Below are positions 27,051 to 32,000 of a stretch of DNA of 32,000 nucleotides, in pieces. The notes beneath the pieces are model-generated. The model saw only the letters and a list, made by a program, of their open reading frames with translations, had not been told where the DNA came from and made no database searches. The translations under genes were made by a program, and so were the position numbers. The stretch spans positions 5,790,001 to 5,822,000 of the forward strand of contig NC_003272.1 in the NCBI RefSeq assembly GCF_000009705.1, written 5' to 3'. The stretch is from Nostoc sp. PCC 7120 = FACHB-418. Its GTDB lineage: Bacteria > Cyanobacteriota > Cyanobacteriia > Cyanobacteriales > Nostocaceae. The first letter of the stretch is position 1. Every line of letters starts with the position of its first letter.

Positions 27051-28079
27051 ATGAATTGTGAACAAGAAATCCAGAGGCTGGAAAAAGCTAATAGAATCCT
27101 CCAAAAAAAATTAATTCGTTCAGAGGTTGATAGAGTTAGGCTAGAGGAAACAAATAGCAAAAAAGAGACTTTGCTGAAGAATGTAATTAATGAATTGAAG
27201 CAATCAAAAATTCAGTTAGAAGAAAGGAGGCATGAATTAGAGACGACTTTGTTTAATCTTCAGACAATGCAGGATAAAATGTCTGCTTTAGGTAGTATGG
27301 TTGCCGATGTAGCCCACGAAATTAATAATCCTGTGGGATTTATCATGGGGAATCTGAATCCAGCATTTGAGTATATTCATGAATTATTCCGTCTGCTTGA
27401 CCTGTATCAGCAATATTACCCCAAACCATGCCCAGAAATCCAGGCAGCAATGGCAGCAATTGATTATGAATATGTGCGTGAGGATTTACCTAAACTTATT
27501 TCCTCAATGAAAGAAGGAACTGATCGTATTAGCAAGCTTAGTAATAGTTTACGGACTTTTTCCCGAACAGATGCAGAATATAAATTGCTTTTTAATATTC
27601 ATGAAGGAATTGACAGCACTCTCTGTATTCTCCAACATCGTTTAAAGGCTGTTCCAGACCGTCCACAAATTCAAGTAGTTAAAAAATACGCAGATATTCC
27701 TTTAATTAAATGTTTTCCAGGTCAATTAAATCAGGTATTTATGAATCTTTTGGCTAATGCTATAGATGCGTTAGAAGAGTCTAATTTTGGGTTGAGTTTT
27801 GCGGAGATTGAGCAAAAAAATAATCAAATTACAATTATCACTAGTTTATTCGCTAACTCTATTTTAATTCAGGTTAAAGATAATGGTTTCGGTATATCAA
27901 ATGAATTAAAATCAAAAATATTTGAACATTCATTTACTACTAAACCTGTTGGTAAAGGTACAGGATTAGGGTTAGCGATCGCTCAACAAATTATTGTCCA
28001 AAAACATGGTGGAACACTGGAAGTTAATTCAGTTCCAGGTGAGGGTTCGGAATTTATTATTACTCTTCCTATTGAATAG
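27051..28079 (+). CDS. Sensor-less histidine kinase (coiled coil + HK core), paralogue C
   Basis: The N-terminal ~75 aa is heptad-like (EQEIQRLEKANRILQKKLIRSEVDRVRLEE...). This is followed by AHEINNPVGF, NLLANAIDAL, DNGFGIS and [14 protein letters not shown]. It starts 15 nt after the FIST gene stop, with AAGGA upstream. Confidence 0.9.
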   Translation: MNCEQEIQRLEKANRILQKKLIRSEVDRVRLEETNSKKETLLKNVINELKQSKIQLEERRHELETTLFNLQTMQDKMSALGSMVADVAHEINNPVGFIMGNLNPAFEYIHELFRLLDLYQQYYPKPCPEIQAAMAAIDYEYVREDLPKLISSMKEGTDRISKLSNSLRTFSRTDAEYKLLFNIHEGIDSTLCILQHRLKAVPDRPQIQVVKKYADIPLIKCFPGQLNQVFMNLLANAIDALEESNFGLSFAEIEQKNNQITIITSLFANSILIQVKDNGFGISNELKSKIFEHSFTTKPVGKGTGLGLAIAQQIIVQKHGGTLEVNSVPGEGSEFIITLPIE

Positions 28080-28090
28080 GTTAAAAAAAT

Positions 28091-28119
28091 ATCCCCGAAT
28101 TTTGGGAAAAATCGGGGAT
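28091..28119 (-). terminator. Hairpin terminator between the convergent kinase and ndhB genes (U-tract on the ndhB side)
   Basis: atccccga (28091-28098) pairs with tcggggat (28112-28119), and the stem extends through AT pairs. On the minus strand the hairpin is followed by the rc of ttaaaaaaat (28081-28090), a T7 run. On the plus strand there is no good T-tract. Confidence 0.65.
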
Positions 28120-28140
28120 AGTATAGATTTGAGATAGAGC

Positions 28141-29703
28141 TTACAAACCGTCTGGTTTCTCAGCAGGAATAGCACTTACCTGAGTACTGACAACTTTTGT
28201 GGCTTGCAGAATTGCAGTATTGGCAACAGAATTATTTGCCAAAGTAAAGAGTGGATTAGATAAAATTCCTGCTACAGAGGTAGCAATCAAAGTCAACACT
28301 AAACCCACTTGCAATGGTCTAAATCCAGGTAAATTCCAACGTATTTCGGGGTAATTTTTGACTACATCGGACATTTCTTGGGGTTCTTTGACCACCATCA
28401 TTTTGACTACGCGAATGTAGTAGTAGATGGAGATAACACTGGTTACTAAGCCTAGTAAGACCAACCAGTAAAGACCTGCTTGCCAACCAGCCCAGAATAA
28501 GTAAATTTTGCCAAAAAACCCAGCTAGTGGAGGAATACCGCCCAATGAAAGCAGGGAGATACTCAAACCTAGTGTGAGGAGTGGGTCTTTTTGATATAAC
28601 CCAGAGTATTCGGCAATTTGGTCGGTTCCTGTCCGCAGGGAGAACAGAATGATGCAGGTAAAACCGCACAGATTCATGAATAGGTAAACCAGCAAGTAAA
28701 AGATCATGCTGGCATATCCGGCATCAGTTCCAGCAATCAAGCCAATCATCACAAACCCGGCTTGGGCAATGGATGAATAAGCCAGCATCCGTTTCATGCT
28801 GGTTTGGGCTAGGGCGACAACGTTACCCAAAATCATGCTGAGGACGGCCAAAGCTGTGAACACAAACTTCCACTCTTCGGCGACGAAGGGGAAAACTGTA
28901 GTTAACAGACGGATAGCGAGGGCAAAGCCTGCTGCCTTAGAACCAACGGATAAAAAGGCAATCACTGGGGTGGGAGCGCCTTCATATACGTCTGGTGTCC
29001 ATTGGTGGAAAGGTGCGGCGGAAATCTTAAAGCCAATACCCGCTATGACAAAAACCAGGGCAATAACTGCACCTAGTGATTGACCAACGTTAGCTGTAAT
29101 AATTCCATTAGCGATCGCATTCAGTTCTGTTTGTCCACCAGATAGACCGTATAGCAGTGAAACGCCATACAAGAATACTGCTGTGCTGGAAGCGCCAATT
29201 AACAAGTATTTCAGCGCCGCTTCATTAGAGCGGGGGTCACGCTTGGTATAACCTGTTAACAAATACGAGGAGATACTTAAGGTTTCTAGGGAGATGAAGA
29301 TCATCACCAACTCACTAGCCCCAGAGACAAACATCCCGCCCAAAGTCGCAGTTAACAAAATAGCGATGAATTCCGCTAAAGCAGTTCCACTCTGCTCAAC
29401 ATAGCGAATTGACATCAAGATGGTAACAACGGCAGACAGGGCGATGATACCGCGAAAGATGATGCTGAGGTCATCACCGATAAACGCGCCAGTAAAAGAG
29501 ATGGGATTGGTAGCATCCCATTGAAAATACAGGGCGACGATCGCCGCGAGTAAGCCTGCGATCGCCAGATATCCTATCCAGCGTGAGGATGTACGCCCTA
29601 AAATCAAATCAACAATCAAAACCCCCATGAGGGTGACAATTACAATTCCCTCTGGCAAAATTGTTCCAGCATTTAACTGGGCTGCAAGATTAGCAAAATC
29701 CAT
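28141..29703 (-). CDS. ndhB: NAD(P)H-quinone oxidoreductase (NDH-1) subunit 2
   Basis: 520-aa polytopic protein starting [34 protein letters not shown]. The body is a typical NdhB/NuoN-family sequence ([28 protein letters not shown]). Confidence 0.95.
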   Translation of the reverse strand: MDFANLAAQLNAGTILPEGIVIVTLMGVLIVDLILGRTSSRWIGYLAIAGLLAAIVALYFQWDATNPISFTGAFIGDDLSIIFRGIIALSAVVTILMSIRYVEQSGTALAEFIAILLTATLGGMFVSGASELVMIFISLETLSISSYLLTGYTKRDPRSNEAALKYLLIGASSTAVFLYGVSLLYGLSGGQTELNAIANGIITANVGQSLGAVIALVFVIAGIGFKISAAPFHQWTPDVYEGAPTPVIAFLSVGSKAAGFALAIRLLTTVFPFVAEEWKFVFTALAVLSMILGNVVALAQTSMKRMLAYSSIAQAGFVMIGLIAGTDAGYASMIFYLLVYLFMNLCGFTCIILFSLRTGTDQIAEYSGLYQKDPLLTLGLSISLLSLGGIPPLAGFFGKIYLFWAGWQAGLYWLVLLGLVTSVISIYYYIRVVKMMVVKEPQEMSDVVKNYPEIRWNLPGFRPLQVGLVLTLIATSVAGILSNPLFTLANNSVANTAILQATKVVSTQVSAIPAEKPDGL

Positions 29704-30075
29704 GAGATATATAGGTTTTGGCGATTAGACATCAAGGCTAACTTTGTTCATTCTATCTATTGTTCCTGACCAAAGTTGCATTTATCTTTTTAGCTTTTAG
29801 TTTATGCTCGCTTTTGGCTAAAAACTGCTCATTGGTAGCGTCATAGCTTTCCGTTACGCACTGTTACTATACATACCATTAGATGAAATTATGCTTAGGT
29901 GTAGCATTCGTAACTTAGTAGCATGAATTGAGAAAAAGCAGGGGAAGTTGGTAGAGAGAATTGATGAAAAAAAGTGAGGTTTAAAACCGGACTTGCATCC
30001 CGCTACGCTAATGCCCCTTGTGGGTGGCTGTCTTTAATTTTGTTGGCGTTCGCGGTAGCGTCTCGTAGAGAAGCC

Positions 30076-30135
30076 TTCCCGTAGGGTATTTTGAATTTTG
30101 TTCGCCCTTGCCGTTCCCGTAGGGTATTTTGAATT
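30076..30135. repeat. Perfect 22-bp direct repeat (ttcccgtagggtattttgaatt) x2 with 38-bp periodicity
   Basis: The copies lie at 30076-30097 and 30114-30135, immediately 3' of the minus-strand stop at 30139-30141. The flanking DNA (30003-30075) has the gctacgc.../gcggtagcgtctcgtagagaag character of Nostoc-type dispersed intergenic repeats. Confidence 0.8.
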
Positions 30136-30138
30136 GAT

Positions 30139-31671
30139 TTATCTAGGTCGTCCCAATGTTGTAATATAAATAACTGCCTCATCATTGGGAATACCCAGTA
30201 CTTCATTGACTTGATCATCAAAAAAACCACCAATACCACTGACACCTAAGTTGAGTTGGATAGCCGCTAAATTCAAGCGTTGTCCCAAATGTCCGGCATC
30301 CATGTGTAAGTAACGATAAACGCGATCGCCATATTGAGCGATCGCAGATTTAAGATCAGATGTATGAAAAATTACGGCGGCAGCATCTCGGCCTAGTTCC
30401 TGTCCCAAACAGAGAAAGTGTAACTCTCGCCGGAAGTTTTTAAACCGGATTTGCCTTAATTCTTGAGCCTTAGGCGCGTAATAGTAACAACCAGCCTCCA
30501 GTCCTTGGACTCCGCAGACCGCGATAAAAGTTTCAATTAAATTTAAATCAAAATAATCTGGAGAATTATCTAGACTTTGATCAATATAATTTTGGGGTTG
30601 ATAAGTAAAATCAAGTAAAGCTTTTAGTTCATCAAAGGTCAATTCCTCACCATTATAAGCACGGGTAGAACGTCGCTTGTGCATGGTGATTTCCAAATCT
30701 GACAGATTTTCTCCCCAGTATATGGGTGCGGAGACAGTGGAGATTTTCAAGCAGAAAGGAAAATTGTATTTATCCTCCAAGGATCTTTCTTGTACGACCG
30801 TTGGTAAATTCAGCTTGCCAGTGATACTAGCCGAAATTTGAGTATGACGATGAAAATATTTGAGCAATTCACCATCAGGAACTTGGGGATAATTAGTTTC
30901 TGTAGCTGAGGGGAGAGATGTACATCCTGGGGATAAATTTTGCTGGATATCTAATAAATCTGCCAGAGGTAAAACAGCGATCGCTCCTTCCTGTAGCGGA
31001 TCAATGTATAGTAAATCATTAACCGCTTCATCAATGAAACCACCAATCAAGTGGGGACGATAATCAGTGATAGCAGCACCTAACTCAATATTTCCTAACA
31101 GGTGTCCTGTATCTAAACAAATGCGACGATAAGCCCGGTCTTCATAGCGCCACGCCGAACGATAGAAAACAGCCGTCACAATAATGGCTAATTGAGTACT
31201 TTCTAAAGCAGGATGCCAGAAACAAGCCTCTTGCAAACTTTGCCAAATATCACTTTCCCAGTAGTGCATCAGGGAATGAGTCCGACATTGGTAGTTATAA
31301 AGCCCCGGTGATAGTAGAGGCGTACCACGGGAAACCACATACACCTCCGCCGGATATAACCCCCCCGCGCTAGGTGCAGCACGTAAATATACCGTATTCC
31401 CCATAGAAGGCATTCTGGCAGTCAGCCCATAACTGCGAAACAGTAACCGCGACAGCCTTTGCCACCATTGACCATTGGCATCATTGACAAATACCTCTGG
31501 TGTTTCTTGTAAGTAGGGTTTGAGGTCAATAGCAGAACCGATTTTATACTCCTTAAACGGCACTGGCTGTTTAGCCCAATCTAACCTCTGACTTTTAGAG
31601 GCGATCGTATCAGGGTCATATTTAGTACGTTCGTGATAATGTTGAGCAATTGACTGGTGTATTTCTGGCAT
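30139..31671 (-). CDS. SagB/ThcOx-type dehydrogenase family protein with two tandem nitroreductase-like halves
   Basis: N-terminal features are HYHERTKY and APSAGGLYPAEVYVV. The C-terminal half has the FMN-type RRSTRAY motif. The internal duplication is visible: RAYRRICLDTGHLLGNIELGAAI...LIGGFIDEAVNDLLYI versus RVYRYLHMDAGHLGQRLNLAAIQ...GIGGFFDDQVNEVLGI. Confidence 0.8.
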   Translation of the reverse strand: MPEIHQSIAQHYHERTKYDPDTIASKSQRLDWAKQPVPFKEYKIGSAIDLKPYLQETPEVFVNDANGQWWQRLSRLLFRSYGLTARMPSMGNTVYLRAAPSAGGLYPAEVYVVSRGTPLLSPGLYNYQCRTHSLMHYWESDIWQSLQEACFWHPALESTQLAIIVTAVFYRSAWRYEDRAYRRICLDTGHLLGNIELGAAITDYRPHLIGGFIDEAVNDLLYIDPLQEGAIAVLPLADLLDIQQNLSPGCTSLPSATETNYPQVPDGELLKYFHRHTQISASITGKLNLPTVVQERSLEDKYNFPFCLKISTVSAPIYWGENLSDLEITMHKRRSTRAYNGEELTFDELKALLDFTYQPQNYIDQSLDNSPDYFDLNLIETFIAVCGVQGLEAGCYYYAPKAQELRQIRFKNFRRELHFLCLGQELGRDAAAVIFHTSDLKSAIAQYGDRVYRYLHMDAGHLGQRLNLAAIQLNLGVSGIGGFFDDQVNEVLGIPNDEAVIYITTLGRPR

Positions 31672-31777
31672 AGTACTTTCAATACCCTTACGACATCCTC
31701 ATTTTGATCTTGGCATTCATCAGTACCATTATTTCAGTCTAATCAGCACATTATTCCTCAGAATTACTATTGTTTAA

Positions 31778-31886
31778 GGAGGCAGGGGCAGGAGGCATGG
31801 GGGCAGGGAGCAGGGGGAGCGAAGAAGAATAACGATGGACTATTGACAACTGACAGCTGACAACTGACTAATGACTAATGACTAGC
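31778..31886 (+). repeat. Second copy of the composite repeat: G-rich head + GAAGAAGAATAAC + seven GACNANT-type heptamers
   Basis: ggaggcaggggcaggaggcatgggggcagggagcagggggagcgaagaagaataac is followed by gactatt gacaact gacagct gacaact gactaat gactaat gactagc. It is in the same orientation as the copy at 4938..5023. Confidence 0.7.
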
Positions 31887-32000
31887 TAAATGATTACGCC
31901 GCCAACGGTAGAAGCCGTAGACCCCAGCAGACAAAATTAACCAATAGGGACTGTACACTATTAACCAAATACCCAATTTGAGCAGCCCAACCGTAAAATT
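31875..32000 (-). CDS. 3' end (41 codons + stop) of a probable membrane protein; the gene continues past the right edge
   Basis: Manual minus-strand translation from base 32000 gives NFTVGLLKLGIWLIVYSPYWLILSAGVYGFYRWRRNHLASH*. It is hydrophobic and open to the window edge. It is not in the ORF track because it is partial. The last codons and the stop lie in the heptamer array. Confidence 0.35.
   Translation of the reverse strand, partial: NFTVGLLKLGIWLIVYSPYWLILSAGVYGFYRWRRNHLASH

Noticed and set aside
28319-29083. ORFs 28319..28669(-) and 28796..29083(+) within ndhB
   Set aside because: These are alternative-frame or antisense ORFs inside a highly conserved membrane-protein gene.
30003-30245. 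80-aa minus-strand ORF overlapping the 3' end of the SagB-like gene and the repeat cluster
   Set aside because: Its translation (…YGKASLRDATANANK…) is the typical pseudo-protein read through dispersed Nostoc repeats. It also overlaps a well-supported CDS.
23985-31671. Idea that the Cys-rich small ORF (23985..24116) is the substrate of the SagB-like dehydrogenase (30139..31671)
   Set aside because: The two are 6 kb apart and on opposite strands, separated by unrelated genes including ndhB. No cyclodehydratase is present. The small ORF itself is unverified.
31838-31886. Heptamer arrays considered as a possible CRISPR or minisatellite locus
   Set aside because: The units are 7 nt, directly tandem and without spacers. 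This is STRR-type satellite DNA, not CRISPR. No repeat-spacer architecture exists anywhere in the window.

Overview
The window looks like chromosomal DNA from a heterocyst-forming, Nostoc/Anabaena-type cyanobacterium. GCGATCGC (HIP1) octamers are frequent, for example at 1542-1549. Heptamer STRR-like arrays fill many intergenic gaps. psbA, ndhB and the PEP carboxylase N-terminus have cyanobacterial sequences. I cannot confirm the strain without a database search. Gene content from left to right: ppc (5' part, minus strand); a small ORF; a two-gene MBOAT plus DltD-like acyltransferase module, in which the DltD-like protein carries four cytoplasmic ~100-aa repeats; psbA (Q130 isoform) with a clean terminator; an IS630-family insertion sequence with a split transposase and an A AAA AAG/A10 slippery site; a secreted helical protein; a subtilase with a C-terminal P-domain; a housekeeping minus-strand block (PlsC-like acyltransferase, TadA, glutaredoxin, SDR, alpha/beta hydrolase); a small membrane protein; a WD40 protein; an AT-rich five-gene signalling island (Cache-HAMP hybrid kinase, two REC-kinase paralogues, a FIST protein, a sensor-less kinase); ndhB; a tandem-nitroreductase SagB/ThcOx-like protein; and a partial membrane-protein ORF at the right edge. 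No rRNA, tRNA or CRISPR array was seen. The best candidates for undescribed biology are the MBOAT module with its Cys-containing cytoplasmic repeats, the output-less kinase cascade with a split FIST sensor, and the orphan SagB-like dehydrogenase. All functional interpretations rest on motif recognition by eye and need HMM or structure searches.
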